Of a stretch of 64,000 nucleotides of DNA, positions 50,121-63,826 are shown in pieces (within the stretch, counting starts at the first letter, position 1; every line of letters begins with the position of its first letter). Source of the DNA: Pristiophorus japonicus. Its lineage: Eukaryota. Where the stretch lies: contig NC_091999.1 in the NCBI RefSeq assembly GCF_044704955.1, positions 23,870,001 through 23,934,000 on the forward strand. Reading direction: 5' to 3'. Made by a program: the position numbers and the translations under genes. The notes below the pieces were generated by a model that ran no database searches, had not been told where the DNA came from, and was given only the letters and a program-made list of their open reading frames with translations.

Positions 50121-52849
50121 TGGATGGTTCATTTAATCCTGACACATTTCACACATAATTCTTTGAGACAGCTGATGTTGCTCTCAATCTGAAATATAAA
50201 TTCCCTGTTTTTTCTCTTTCTTGCAGTGAACTTAGTGACGATAATGATCCTGTCTCGAGGAAGGTGCGGTCTCTCCAAGTGTGTCAGCCGTTACCTGGTG
50301 GCAATGGCAGCGGCAGATCTACTGGTCGTTATCCTCGACCTGATATCCAGGCAGATTCCTATTCTTTATTCAACCGTGTTTGAGTTCATGTGGAAGATTA
50401 ATGTTTGTAATGTCCATGCCATCCTGCTTTACGCAGTCACAGACTGTTCCGTCTGGTTCACAGTTGCTTTTACCTTTGATCGATGTATAGCCATTTGTTG
50501 TCAGAAGCTCAAAACCAAATATTGCACCGAGGAAACGGCGACTGTGGCGATGGGAACAGTGACTGCGCTGTTCTGTGTAAAGAACACTTTCTGGTACTTT
50601 ATGTATGGAGGTATGTATCAGATTTACAATAATCCCTGGTTTTGTTTTGTTAGATGGGAAGTCTCTGAGTCACTATCATGGGCAGTAATTGAATTCCTTC
50701 ATTATATTATAAAAACCGTTTATTCCATTTGTTCTGATCCTTCTGCTCAATACTTTAACTGTCAGACAGGTTTTAGTATCGAGCAGAGCCCGCAGGAGAC
50801 TCCGGGCCCACAGCAGTGGGGAGAGTCCCAGTGACCCAGAGATGGAGAAACGAAGGAAATCCATCATTTAACTGTTTGTTATATCCGGCAATTTTATCCT
50901 GTTATGGGCAGTGTTTCTGTTATATTCTGTGGTTACACGATTGTATTGGTTAAACGTTATTCCTGTATATCTACCTAAATATGTACAGGAAATGGGATTT
51001 ATGCTTCAGCTCCTGAGTTGCTGCACCAACACATGTATTTATGCCGTGACCCAGACGAAATTCAGAGAGGAGTTGAAGAATGTGGTGAAATATCCCTTTA
51101 CTGTAATTGTTAAATGTATTAAATAATAAGAATCACACAATGTTTTGGGCGTGTATTCTGCCCAATCCGCTCTTCTCTGTTATACACACACAGTGAGGCC
51201 TGTTTTCATCTTTCACCGCGCGGATTCAGCGACTAACAAAACTGATAGAGGTGAGGAAGTCCACGGAGATCAGTCCCGCTGGACTCCAGCAGGTTTTATC
51301 CCCGCTAAGACGTCTGCTGCGGCCTGGGACGGATTTATAAAGCTCCCGACCGCCAGGCTCGTGTCGGATGTGTTTACCCAAAGGGAGCGGCACGGGGAAG
51401 GTGGCTCTGTTACTTTTCAGTCCATGGGCGGGCCGCTCAGTCCCCAGCACTCCCAGGAAAAGCTGGGGGGAAATGGCCTGGGACCAAACAACAGCCAGAG
51501 AGGGAAGGTTTCAAAGGCTCAAAGGTCAGTGCTTTCATCCTTTTGCAGGCTCCTTGTGTTTTTCTCCCAGTGGGGTTTCACCTGAGCAGCTCCAACGCCT
51601 GGTGATAGCGGCGTATCCTTGTTTCAGATAATCTACCTTTGGGATTAAAGGGTCTCCTGCAGACGGAGTATATTCCAGTGACATTCACCACTATAACGTT
51701 CATTTGTAAGTTTGCCTGAACAATGCGGTGATCTGCAGGATGAAGTGTTCCCCGCACACACTCGACACGCATTAAACTCAGCTCCTCCTCACTCTGTGTA
51801 AAATCTCCGAGCTCAACATAGCCCATAATATGCAGTGTTCAGGGAGGGTGGTAACGAGCTTTTTTACTAGGTATTGCTGTACCTGTGAAGTAATACAGCG
51901 GTGAAACCCCCATGACACTGTGCCTGAGCATTGTGACATCACAGACCTGCCATTCTGACCACGCCCTGGTCTGTGGCTGACTCAGAATCGCATTTCAGAC
52001 ATCCCAGCTCCTTCACACATCACCTTACATAGAGTTACTTAATGTCTGCAGCACAGAAATAGGCCATTCGGTGCTCGCGGCTGCAAACTGGTCTGAGGCG
52101 TTCCCCTGAGGTTTCCCTGGGGGTGCTGGGAGTTAGCAGCCCGTCTGCCTGTGGACTGCAAATTTACAGAGCGACCTTCCCCACCCCGACCCTTTCGGCC
52201 CAGCAGAGCATGCCAGAGCTTACTCGATCTTCACATCCTGATCTTAAACAGAGTGCACAAAGAGAGTGGTAAACTTGGGAACGTAGAGAAAGGTGAGATT
52301 CAGTGGTAAGTCCGTGGTGAGTCTGGCTGAGTATTAGCTGTAAGAAGGGAAATTTAGTTTAACGTTTTGAATTGAACTTAGAACTTTAAAAACAGAAGTT
52401 AGCAGAAACTGCCTGTTAGTGGTAGTTAACTATCAGTCAGCTGTAAGTGTTAGTCTTAAATATGTGCTAATTACTGCGAGCAATGGGCATGGAGCTGAGA
52501 CAGCACTTGTAACTTGTGTGTGGCTCCAAAGGTATAAAACTAAACACTAACTGCTGACTCACAGTGTGTTCTGCACAGTGATATTAAACGGAATTTGGTG
52601 AGAGTTTGAATGGGAACAGTGGTTGAAGGAGGTGCTGCTTTGGCCTCCAAAATACAGCAGGTAGATGAACGTTTGTGAGTATTACCTTTTTTCTCGAAGC
52701 TTGGTCCACACTAAGACCTGGGAGCAATACAATACTTTATTAAATTAATAATTTAACTATAATTACTAATTAATTAATATCATTATAAATAACCATTAAA
52801 TAAAAACTAAGTAATTAAATCAATTCAGTGTGTAAATAAGCAAATACAT

Positions 52850-53815
52850 TTATAAAAAATAACTAAAGATGGCAGGGCAGGCAATGAGTCGAGACATTAA
52901 TGTGTGTGAGTTTGTGGACATCAAATCTGTCCCACATTCCCACATCTGCAGGAAATGTCTCTGCTTTATTCTCTCTGGCTCAGGGTAATTGGGCTGGAGT
53001 GCGAGTTCGACACACTCTGAAACACACAGGAGAAGTAATTTAATCCAGAAAACAGTCACATCCCACAGAAAAACGCAGGTTCAGGAAAGTCCGTGTCTGA
53101 TTGGGTGCCGTGTAGCGAGAACTGAGGAGAGGCTGAGAATGAGATACTGCTCCTGCCCAACGATAAGGATAAAGATTGCGTGGAGGACATCCACAATACA
53201 TACCAAGGTACGTGGCTCAGAAGGTTGTCCACAGGCAGAGATAGGAAGAAATATTAAACAATTACTTTGCATCAGTATTTATCAGGGAGTCAACACAGGT
53301 GGACATGACATTGGATGATATTAGAAATGAAATAACTGCATTTAAAATAACAAGAGGGAAAATATTATATAAACTAATCAAACCGAAAATGGATAAAATG
53401 CCGGCTTCGGACAAATTACATCGAGGGAAGAGATAGCAGAGGCATTAATAAACATATTTAATATTTCGTTAGACTAAAGTGCAGTGCTGGAGGATTGGCA
53501 AATACCTAATGTAATAACTATTTTTAAGAAGCGAGGTAGAACGTGTCTGAGGAACTATAGTCAGGTCAACTTAACGTCGTTGGGAGGAAAAATAATGGAT
53601 TCCCTACTAAAGGAGAAAGTGGAAGAACAACTAGAAACCAAAAATGAATAGTCAGCATGGATTATAAAGGGAAAGTCTTGAATTGACCAAATTCTTTGAA
53701 TTTTTCGAAGAAGTAACAGATAGCGTAAACTAACGTAATGTAGTAGATGTAATGTATCTAGATTTCGAAAGGCCTTCGATAAGATACCCCATAATAGACT
53801 GAAAGGGCAGATCAC
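52850..53815 (+). mobile_element. Degraded CR1 fragments (ORF1 start and ORF2 pieces)
   Basis: MAGQ..CEF..HICRKC-like ORF1 start; ORF2 remnants (DW..NV..FKK, NY..V.LTS, YLDF.KAFDKIPH). Confidence 0.65.
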
Positions 53816-53907
53816 AAATTGTAATTACAATTAATAATAATAATTGGGATGTTTTAAAATGGAGTTAACAGATTTTTAAAATAGATCCCACAGCCTGTTT
53901 TTCAGAA

Positions 53908-56900
53908 TGTGGGAAGCATGTGTGGGATGCCTTCCGCAGAGGGTCAGATGTTTCAATTCATAGACCAAAGGCCTTGGGAGCTGGGCACAGACACAGATAA
54001 CATAGAACTTGAATTCTGTAATAAGATACAAGTTAAATAAAAGGAATCATAACAACACGTATCCTGAATTACTAATTAAAGTATATAGAGGCCAGATTGG
54101 AGGAAGCAACCTACCAGATAATCATGTATTAATCAATCAGCACATATGAATTGTAACTTGCGTAATTAAGTAAGACGATAATCTGAAACTGTATAAAATA
54201 AGATGTCTCTGGCAGTTTCTCTGAGCATTCATTCAAGGATAGCTCACCTGCCAGCTTGTATCTCCGAGTGGTGGTTTGAAGTTAACTCTAACAACTTGGC
54301 GCAGTCAGCAGGATCTCATGGACGGGCAGATTAGACTCAAACAGCCAAACCAACCGAATAACGAGTGAGTAGAGAATTACCTTGAGAAATTCTCCTCGCA
54401 AAGTAACCAGAGATCCAACGAATCTGAGGTAGAGTCCATGCAGCCAGTAAGGGTGCGTCAGGACAATGTAAATAAATACTGTAAGTGTCGGTACAATAAG
54501 TACGTATACGGGATATCGGGGAAAAAGCCTCAGTGTAAATAGTTCCGCATAAGTAAAGGCGGAAAAACAGCACTAGGTAAAAAGCCTTGGTTTAAAAAGT
54601 TCTGCTTAAGTAAAGATGGTAAAACAGGAACTGGGGAAAAAGCCCCAATGTATGAAATGGCAAAGGAATCTGCCAAGGCCCTTGGAGGGCTGATGTATAA
54701 ACTACCAGAAGAGTTTCTGAGAGATAAATCTGAAAAGGTCATGAAGATGGTTAAGGCAGGATATGATGAAGGGAAAAAGATAATTTTAACAGCCGGAAAG
54801 ATGAATAAAAAGATACCCGAAGGTGAGATGGACAGAGAAAGTGACAAAAGACAACAGGATGTAAGTATAAAAATAGATATAGATGACTGAAGGGAATAGA
54901 CAGAGGAATTTGGCCCAAATTTGTATCCCCCACTAACAGGGTTATGATTAGGACCTGATGAAAATGAAGGATTGATTGGGGGCCAGAAGGCTCGCTTAGT
55001 AGATATTTTTCGGAAGTCCATAACAAAAACTGTTCGTGACTATCTTAAGTGAAGTATGGATACAAAAATAGCGCCGGCCAAACAATAAGCTTTGTTGAAT
55101 GAAGAGAGATTTTTGTGAATGTCTGTCTTTGAATGAAAGTGCTTGTGTGATTTTTAACTTCGGAATATTTGAGGTGGGAATTAATGAATTTTTCAGGTGT
55201 CTGAAAGCCTGCTTCAGAAGTGGTAGAGCGGTCTGTTGTTATGGCCCCACCCACTTTTTCAGACAGAGTGAATTTGTTTTAACCCTTTGCAGTGTTGTCC
55301 TGTATGAGGGAAGTTTTAAGAAAGTGTAAACCTAGAATTGAATTACATTTTAATTTAGAAACGCAGGTGTGGATTTATTCAGATGATATGTTATGGAGCT
55401 AGGAAATGCACAAAGGATAGGTTTGTTGAGCAAAAGATAAAAAATGTGTGGTCCCGATGGTTTTAAAAAAAATTTTTTGACACGCTCACTTGTCAAAAGA
55501 AAACACGTATGCATTGATTACATTTTGTTGAAAGACAATACATTTAATCTAGGAATGAAATAAAGAACGGAGAAGGGAAATTGTAATGCCTTAAAAAAAG
55601 AAGCCTGCGTGGGTGTCTCAAGGCTGTGGGCTGGGGAAATACGCCCCCATATTCCTTTGTGTAAAATCTTGATGCGAAAGCTTCTACCTCAGTAAAAAGA
55701 TTTTTAAATAAAAGATTGGCAATACGATATTTGAATTGGGATTTTGAGATATTTCTGGTGATTCTCCTTGATAAACATTTTGGTTGTATTGGAAAATCTT
55801 GGGTTTGGAAGACTTTTAATAAAAGTAAACATATTGCGTCTGAAGCTGAAGCTTAAAAAGATTAAAATTATGAGATACTGTATCACAAAATTGAAGTTAC
55901 AGCGCAAAAGATTAGAGTTTTTGATGTTCAGCTTCTAAAACAGAAGTCAGGCACATAATTATAAAACAAGTACTTTGCATTCTGTGATCTGTGAATCACT
56001 ATAAGCATAAATGATAAGTCCGATTAAAAAACAGTATTACCATATTTGACATTTCATAATCCAACAATGAATACAAATACTACAAAAGGGGAGCAGAAAT
56101 TAGGATGGGAGCAGTGAAGAGTTAATTTTGTTGTGAATATTTCAAGTACCACTCTTTAAGAAAATACACAACAAAATGAAATACATTTAACATAAAAATT
56201 TAAATCTGATCTCTTAAAAAAAAGAAATAAAACTATAATGTTTGGAAACAATGTAGAAATACCTTCAGGGATCAGGTCAAACTCCTGGGCAAGTGGGGAG
56301 CTATCTGCGAAAGTGTAAAATGAATTTTGAAAAAAAATAAAAGTTAAAACGGCAGGCTTTAGCAGTTTAGAACAAAGGAAAATATAAGTTGAACTTGTGA
56401 CTTAAGATACAGTGGTTGAAGAACCACAGAAACTGAGACGTAAAGGCTTTGAAACTGGAACATTTGAGATAACAGAAAGCAGCTATCAAAGCCTCCGTGC
56501 TAGACTCTGTTCTAGTTATGAAAAATACATTTGAGATAACGGAAAGCAGGATTTAAAGTAAATCCCAAACAGGCACAAATCGGACAACCTGTGGTACAGT
56601 ACCTGGGACACGAAATATCTCAAGGAACTCGGACCATGTCCAATGACAGGAAGGAGGACATTAGAATTATGCCCCGACCAAAACCAGCCTGAGGGGTGTG
56701 TAAGGAACTGGGGTTCGTTAGCTATTGTAGGAATTTTGTGCCTAACCACAGCAATTGCAGAACCAATACAATGGCTAGTGAAAGGAAAATCCGGTTGAAA
56801 TGGAAATGGTAAGAGTCTAACTAAAACCTGGAATATCCAGGACGTGTTTTATCAACAGAATATAAACGTGATCATCACCGTCCTTCCGATTCAAAAAAGG

Positions 56901-57742
56901 ACAAGCTACAAGGCCGCCCCGAGGGGGCCCAGAAGCATTTTACCACAGCGGAGGGTACAACAACTACGTAAAGCAGCCTCTAGGGGGCGGCATCTAAGTG
57001 TCCGGAGCGTTTGTCTTGAAGCCATAAGATAAGTGTGTAAAAAATGTTACCTGAATATTGTAAACCAGGGGAATTAACCTTGGGAAATTGCGTGGTAGTT
57101 AAACCTGGAACAGAAGTAATGTTGTTATTTGACAATGTGCAGCATGAAATGTTACCTGTGAGCATAAATTAATCAGCCCTATACCTGCCAGAAAAAAATA
57201 GCCACAAGACTAAAGCTTTGTAAATAGGATTGCTAGACACAATCCTGAGAATAGCTAGTGACACATCAGGAGCAAGGGAGTAACACAAGAAGCTGAGACA
57301 CAAAGAAGGAAGACAGAGGAGATTCACAGCGAATGACGTATTAACTTTACAGGGACATCTCTAGTAGATGCACCAGATATACAGGCGATCCATGCAGGTG
57401 TAGATCGTTTGAGGGGAACAACGGAGTTACTAATCAGGAAACAGACCAGGATTGAGATACAATCTTCACAGTTAGGATCTAAAACATCCAAACAAATGCT
57501 AGAGGGTGTATCCGGATTGGAAGGCCATGCACGAACAATTAACGAGCAAAATAAGCAGGAATTGAGAGGACGATGCCGAGGACAGGAAAAGAGACACATG
57601 TCATGCCTATGGGAGATGGATGATTGGTCAGGTGAGACACAATATGGATCAGATACAAACCGGGCGAGTTACAGATTCAATAAATAGTACCCAGTTGAAA
57701 GAAATGGCACAACACACTGGGCCATTAGATGCATGCACCCTG
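53908..57742 (+). mobile_element. Retroviral relic C: LTR (~53908-54293), tRNA-Ser PBS, pol and env fragments, cut by a CR1
   Basis: PBS TGGCGCAGTCAGCAGGAT 54297-54314 (tRNA-Ser); VQYLGHEISQG..SYCRNFVP at ~56594-56745; env-like GTSLVDAPDIQ..DRL at ~57350. Confidence 0.7.
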
Positions 57743-60700
57743 AAACACAGAAACATAGAAAAAGGTTGCAGGAATAGGCCATTCGCCCCTTCGAGCCTGC
57801 ACCAACATTCAATAAGATCATTCACCTCAGTACCCCTTTCCTGCTTTCGCTCCACACCCCTTGATCCCTTTACCTTAAGGGCTATATCCAACTCCCTCTT
57901 GAATATATCTGATGAACTGGCATCAACAACATTCTGCGGAAGAGAATTCGACAGGTTAACAACTCTCTGAGTGAAGAGGTTTCTCCTCATCTCGGTCCTA
58001 AATGGCTTATCCCTTGTCCTCAGACACTGGCCACTTGTTCTGGACTTCCCCAACATCGGGAACATTCTTCGTGCATCTAACCTGCCCAGTCCCGTCAGAA
58101 TGTTTCTGAGGTCCCCTCTCATTCTTCTAAACTCCAGTGAATACAGGCCCAGTCGATCCTGTCTCTTCTCATATGTCCTCCCATCCCGGAAATCAGTCTG
58201 GTGAACCTTCGCTGCACTCCCTCAATAGCAAGAACGTCCTTCCTCAGATTAGTACAAAACTGAACACAGTATTCCAGGTGAGGCATCAGCAAGGCCCTGT
58301 ACAGCTGCAGCAAGACCGCCCTGCTGCTATATTCAAATCCCCAAGATATGGGGCCAACATGCTATTTGCCTTCTTTCTGTCTGCTGCACCTGCATGCCAA
58401 CCTTCAATGACTGATGTACCATGACACCCGGATCTCGTTGCACTTCCCCTTTGCCTAATCTGCCGCCATTCAGATAATATTCTGCCTTCGTGTTTTTGCC
58501 ACCAAAGTGCATAACCTCACATTTATCGTTATTACACGACATCTGCCACGCAATTGCCCACTCACCTGACCTGTCCACGTCACCCTGCAGCATCTTAGCA
58601 TCCTCCTCACATTTCACACCGCCATCCAGCATAATGTCACCTGCAAAATTAGAGATATTACACACAATTCCTTCATCTAAGTCATTGATATATATTGTAA
58701 ATTGCTGGGGTCCCAGCACTGAGCCCTGCGGCACCCAACTACTCACTGCCTGCCATTGTGAAAAGGACCCGTTTATCCCGACTCTGTCAACCAGTTCTCT
58801 ATCCACATCAATACATTACCTCCAATGCCATGTGCTTTAATTTTGCACACCAACCTCTTGTGTGGGACCTTGTCAAAAGTCTTTTGAAAGTCCCACTACA
58901 CCACATCCATTGGTTCTCCCTTGTCCGCTCTACTAGTTACATCCTCACAAAATTCTCAAAGATTCGTCAAGCATGATTTCACTTTCATAAATCCATGCTG
59001 ATTTGGACCAATCCTGTTAGTGCTTTCCAAATGTGCTACTATTTCATCTTTAATAATTGATTCCAATATTTTCCCTACCACTGATGTCAGGCTAACTGGT
59101 CTGTAATTACCTGTTTTCTCTCTCCCTCATTTTTCAAAATGTGGTGTTACATTCGCTACCCTCCAGTCCATACGAACTGATCCATAATCGATGGACTGTT
59201 GGAAAATGATCACCAATGCATCCATTATTTCTAGGGCCACTTCCTTAAGTATTCTGGGATGCAGACCATCAGGCCCCGGGGATTTATCGGCCTTTAGTCC
59301 CATCCATTTTCCGAACATAATTTCCGACAAATAAGGATTTCCTTCAGTTCCTCCTTCTCACTAGCCCCTCGGTCACGTACTATTTCCAGAAGGTTATGCG
59401 TGTCTTCATTCGTGAATGCAGAGCCAAAGTATTTGTTCAACTGGTCTATCATTTCTTTGTTCCCCATTATAAGTTCACCTGAATCTGACTGCAAGGGACC
59501 TACGTTTCCCTTCACTAATCTTTTTCTCTTCACATATCTATAGAAGTTTTTATGTTCCCAGCAAGCTTCCTCTCATACTCTATTTTCCCCTTCCGAATTA
59601 AACCCTTTGTCCTCCTCTGCTGAATTCTAAATTTCTCCCCGTCCTCGGGTTGATGCTTTTTCTGACCAGTTTATATGCCTCTTCCTTGGATTTAACGCTA
59701 TTCTTACTTTCCCTTGTTAGTCACGGTTGAGCCACCTTTCCCATTTTATTTTTTACTCCAGACAGGGATGTCCAATTGTTGAAGTTCATCCATGTGATAT
59801 TTAAATGTTTTCCATTGCCTATCTGATCTCAACCCTTTAAGTATTATTTCCCAGTCTATTCTAGCCAATTCATGTCTCATACCTTCGAAGTTACCTTTCC
59901 TTAAGTTCAGGACCCCAGTCTCAGAATTAATTGTTTCACTCTCCACCTTAATAAAGAATTCAACCTTATTGTGGTTACTCTTCCCCAAGGGGCCTCGCAC
60001 AACAAGATTACTAATTAGTATTTTCTCATTACACATCAACCAGTCTAGGATGGCCAGCCCTCTAGATGGTTCCTCGACATATTGGTCAAGTAAACCATCC
60101 CGAATACACTCAAGCAAATCCTCCTCCACCGTATTGCTACCAGTTTGGTTCGCCCAATCTATATGTAGATTAAAGTCTCCCATGATAACTTCTGTACCTA
60201 TGTTGCACACATCCCGACTTTCTTGTTTGATGCTGTCCCCAAACTCACTACGATTGTTTGGTGATACACAACTCCCACTAGCGTTTTCTTCCCTTTGATA
60301 TTCCGCAGCTCCACCCACACAGAATCCACGCGAATGTCCTTCCTTACTATTGCGTTAATTTCCTCTTCAACCAGCAATGCCAACCCACCTCCTTTTCCTT
60401 TCTGTCTATCCTTCCTGAATGGTGAATCTCCCTGGATGTTGAATTCCCAGCCTTCGTCACCCAGGAGCCATTTCTCCGTGATGCCAATTACATCATATTC
60501 ATTAATTGCTGCCTGTGCAGTTAATTTGTCCACCTTATTACGAATACTCCTTGCATTGAGGCACAGTGCCTTCAGGCTTGTTACCTTAACACACCTTGTC
60601 CCTTTAGAATTTGGCTGCAATGTGGCCCTTTTTGATTTTTGCCTTGGGTTTCTCTGCCCTCCACCTTTATTTTTCAGCCCCCATTTTACTTCCCTCTGTC

Positions 60701-61010
60701 TCACTGCATAGTTTCCCATCCCACTGCCATGTTAGTTTAACCCCTCCCCAACAACACGAGCAAACTCTCCCCTGTGGACATTGGTTCTGCACAGGTACAA
60801 AGCGTCCGGTTTGCACTGGTCCCAGCTCCCCCAGAACCGGTTCCAATGTCCCAGGAAATTGAAGCCCTCCCTTCTGCACCACACATTCATCTGAGCTATC
60901 CTGCGATTCCTACTCTGACTAGCAGTTGGCAGTGGTAGCTATCCTGAGATTGCTACCTTTGAGGTCCTATTTGTTAATTTAGCTCCCAGCTCCCTAAATT
61001 CAGCTTGTAA
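57742..61010 (-). mobile_element. CR1 LINE, nearly complete ORF2 (APE + RT), degenerate
   Basis: (TTTCTATG) tail; LNARSIRNK, GITE.WL, MGDFN, KSPGPDG, VPQGSVLGP. Confidence 0.93.
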
Positions 61011-61215
61011 TTCCTCAGACAGAGTGAGTCAGACTCAAACACAAACACATAAAGAGCTCCCTTAAGACAGAGAGTGAGAGGCACAGAAACATTGCATAAT
61101 CCCATTTATTTGTCAGTTGAGAATGTTATAAAGTTATCGACATGTACAGATTCAACAGAATAGATTCAGGTATAACTGAGCAGGATGGGAGGAAATCGGT
61201 TTGAATTTAAAGATT

Positions 61216-61298
61216 TACCAGGAGTGGGGTTCGAACCCATGCAGCTATACACCCATTGGATTTTATGTCCAACGCCTAACCCACTCGGCCATCCAGGT
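61216..61298 (-). tRNA. tRNA-Leu(TAA), degenerate / probable pseudogene
   Basis: ACCTGGATGGCCGAGTGG..GGCGTTGGA-CATAAAA-TCCAATG..GGGTTCGAACCCCACTCCTGGTA; loop U33 and acceptor stem mutated. Confidence 0.8.
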
Positions 61299-61389
61299 AT
61301 TGTCAGTATTCGGATTTTGTCTCTGTGAGAATCTGGCTGCAGATCCACTCTCACAGACATAGGTTTTTAATGAGCATTTTCAAATATTT

Positions 61390-61640
61390 ATAGTAATATT
61401 GACACAGGGGCAACTCTCCTATTCTTTTTCGATTAATGCTCTGGAAACTTTCACATCCACCCGAGGGTGCAGACGGAGCATCAATTTAACATTTCATCCG
61501 AAAGTCAACAGCTTCAACATTGCAAAATTCCCCAGGTGCTGCATTTGAGTGTCAGCCAAGATTATATGCTCAAGTCTCAGGAGTCGGACTTACACACACA
61601 ACCTCCTTATTCAGTCGAGAATGCTGCCACTGAACCAAAG
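61390..61640 (-). mobile_element. Deu-domain SINE (SacSINE1-like), old
   Basis: Similar to 8345-8650 (CATCCACCCGAG..CAGACGG..TTTAAC..TCATCCGAAAG..GAGTGTCAGCC..TGCTCAAGTCTC). Confidence 0.6.
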
Positions 61641-61736
61641 CCGATACCAAAGCTCATATCCGTATTACTTTCCCCAAGTCTTTTTATAAAGTTCCAGGAC
61701 AGACAGAAGTAATATTCAACATTTTGAAAAAGCTCC

Positions 61737-61808
61737 ACCCTCGTCGGGGAATTGAACCCCGACCTCACGCGTGACAGGAAGGGATACCAACTAGTACACT
61801 AACGAGGA
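61737..61808 (-). tRNA. tRNA-Asp(GTC), degenerate / probable pseudogene
   Basis: TCCTCGTTAGT..TATCCC..CTGTCAC..CGGGGTTCAATTCCCCGACG; T5 Pol III terminator at 61727-61731; stem mismatches. Confidence 0.8.
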
Positions 61809-61859
61809 ACTGACGGGTATCTGTTTTGTCAGAGCAGGAATCGAGCTGTGAACAGAACT

Positions 61860-62575
61860 GGACACCATGAGAAGTCGACAGACACATTGAGAGACAGAGA
61901 CAAACCGACAAACAGGGAGAGACAGACAGCGAGATAGAGACAACGTGAGACAGAAAGTATGAGACTGAGAAGGAGAGGCAGACTGAGTAAGAAAAAGACT
62001 CAAACACACACATATACAGAGATGTGTGTGTGTGTGCTCTATAAAGAGAGAGAAGGAAAGAGTGAGAGAAAGAGTGAGTGACAAAGAGAGAGACAGAGAA
62101 AGAGTGAGCGACAGATAGAGAGATAGACAGAGATATAAACAGAAAATGATGGAAATACTCAGCAGGTAAGAGAAAGGAACTAACAGAGACAGGCAAAGAG
62201 AGGGACAGGTAGAGACATGGACAGACAGAGATGATGGGAATGAGAAAGACAGTCAGACAGTGGGACTGAGAGAATCCCATTGGAACAGAACTGGACATCG
62301 TGAGAAAGAGACAGATAAGTTGAGAGACAGGGAAACAGGGAGAGACAGACAGCGAGATAGAGACAAAGAGAGACAGAAAGAGTGAGACTGAGAGGGAGGG
62401 TCAAAGTGAATGACAGAAAGACTCAAACACATACATACACAGAGATGTGTTTGTGTGCTCCATAAAGAGAGGGAGGCAAATAGTAATGGAATGACAGAGA
62501 CAAAGACAGGGACAAAGACAGAGACAAAGAGGGAGACACATAGAGAGAAAGACAGATATATAGAGAGATAGAGAC
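61860..62575. repeat. GA-rich low-complexity tract with an internal ~430-bp duplication
   Basis: GAACAGAACTGGACA.. and AAAGACTCAAACAC..AGAGATGTGT blocks occur twice. Confidence 0.75.
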
Positions 62576-63820
62576 AATAATTCGGTTCTGTCTTTACAAA
62601 GGAAGATACAACAAACCTTCCAATTCTACTAGGGGACTGTGAGTCTAGTGTGAATGAGGAACTGAAATATATCCTTATTGGCGGGAAATTGTGTTCGGGA
62701 AATTGATGGGATTAAAGCCCGATAAATCCCTGGGTCTTGTTAGTCTGCATCCCAGAGTACTTAAGGAAGTGGCCCTGGAAATAGTGGATGCATTGGTGAT
62801 CATTTTCCAACAATCTATCAACTCTGGATCAGTTCCTATGGACTGGAGGGTAGCTAATGTGACGGCACTTTTTAAAAAAGGAGGGAGAGAGAAAGCGGGT
62901 AAGTCTATACCGGTTAGCCTGACATCAGTAGTGGGGAAAATGTTGAAATCAATCATTAAGGATGAAATAGCAGCCCATTTGGAAATCAGTGACAGGATCG
63001 GACCGATTCAGCATAGATTTATGAAAGGGAAATCATGCTTGACGAATCTTCTGGAATTTTTTGAGGATGTAACGAGTAGAGTGGACAAGGGAGAACCAGT
63101 GGATGTGGTGTATTTGGACTTTCAGTAGGCTTTTGACAAGGTCCCGCACAAGAGATTGGTGCACAAAATCCAAGCGCATGGTATTGGGATTAATGTACTG
63201 ACGTGGATAGAGAACTGGTTGGCAGACAGGAAGCAGAGAATCGGGATAAACAGGTCATTTTCAGAATGGCAGGCAGTTACTAGTGGGGTGCCGCAGGGCG
63301 CAGTGGTGGGACCCGAGCTCTTTACAATATACATTAACGATTTGGTTGAAGGAATAGAGTTTAATATCTCCAAGTTTGCAGATGACACTAAACTGGGCTG
63401 CGGTGCGAGCTGTGAGGAGGATGCTAAGAGGCTGCAGGGTGATTTGGACAGATTAGGTGAGTGGGCAAATATATGGCAGATGCTGTATAATGTGGATAAA
63501 AGTGAGGTTATCCATTTTGGGGGCAAAAACACGAAGGCAGAATATTATCTGAATGGAGGCAGACTAGAAAAAGGGGAGGTGCAACGAGACCTGGGTGTCA
63601 AGGTTCATCAGTCACTGAAAGTGGGCACGCAGGTACAGCAGGCAGTAAAGAAGGCAAATTGTATGCTGGCCTTCAAGCGAGGGGATTTGAATATAGGAGC
63701 AGGGAGACCTTACTGCAGTTGTACAAGACCTTAGTGAGGCGGCCAGACCTGCTTTATTGTGTTCAGTTTTGGTCTCCAATTCTGAGGAAAGACGTTCTTG
63801 TCATTGAGGGAGTGCAGCAA
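62575..63820 (+). mobile_element. CR1 LINE ORF2 (RT) fragment
   Basis: KSCLTNLLEFF, SGVPQG, KFADDTKL, QRDLGVKVHQSLKVGTQVQQ. Confidence 0.93.
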
Positions 63821-63826
63821 ACCAGT

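Larger units (their letters stand above)
47924..51126 (+). pseudogene. Two-exon class A GPCR pseudogene, GPR139/GPR142-like family (exon 1 47924-48020, exon 2 50227-51126)
   Basis: Exon 1 ..IYYPLLAAVGVP|GTGAG. Exon 2 NLVTIMILSRGRCGLSKC..YLVAMAAADL..FTFDRCIAIC..LLSCCTNTCIYAVTQ.KFR. Frameshift near 50710 and TAA 50869-71. Confidence 0.88.

Noticed and set aside
54648-54890. 80-aa Lys/Glu-rich ORF as a host gene
   Set aside because: It lies just downstream of the element C PBS; most likely a retroviral gag/leader remnant with no recognisable domain.
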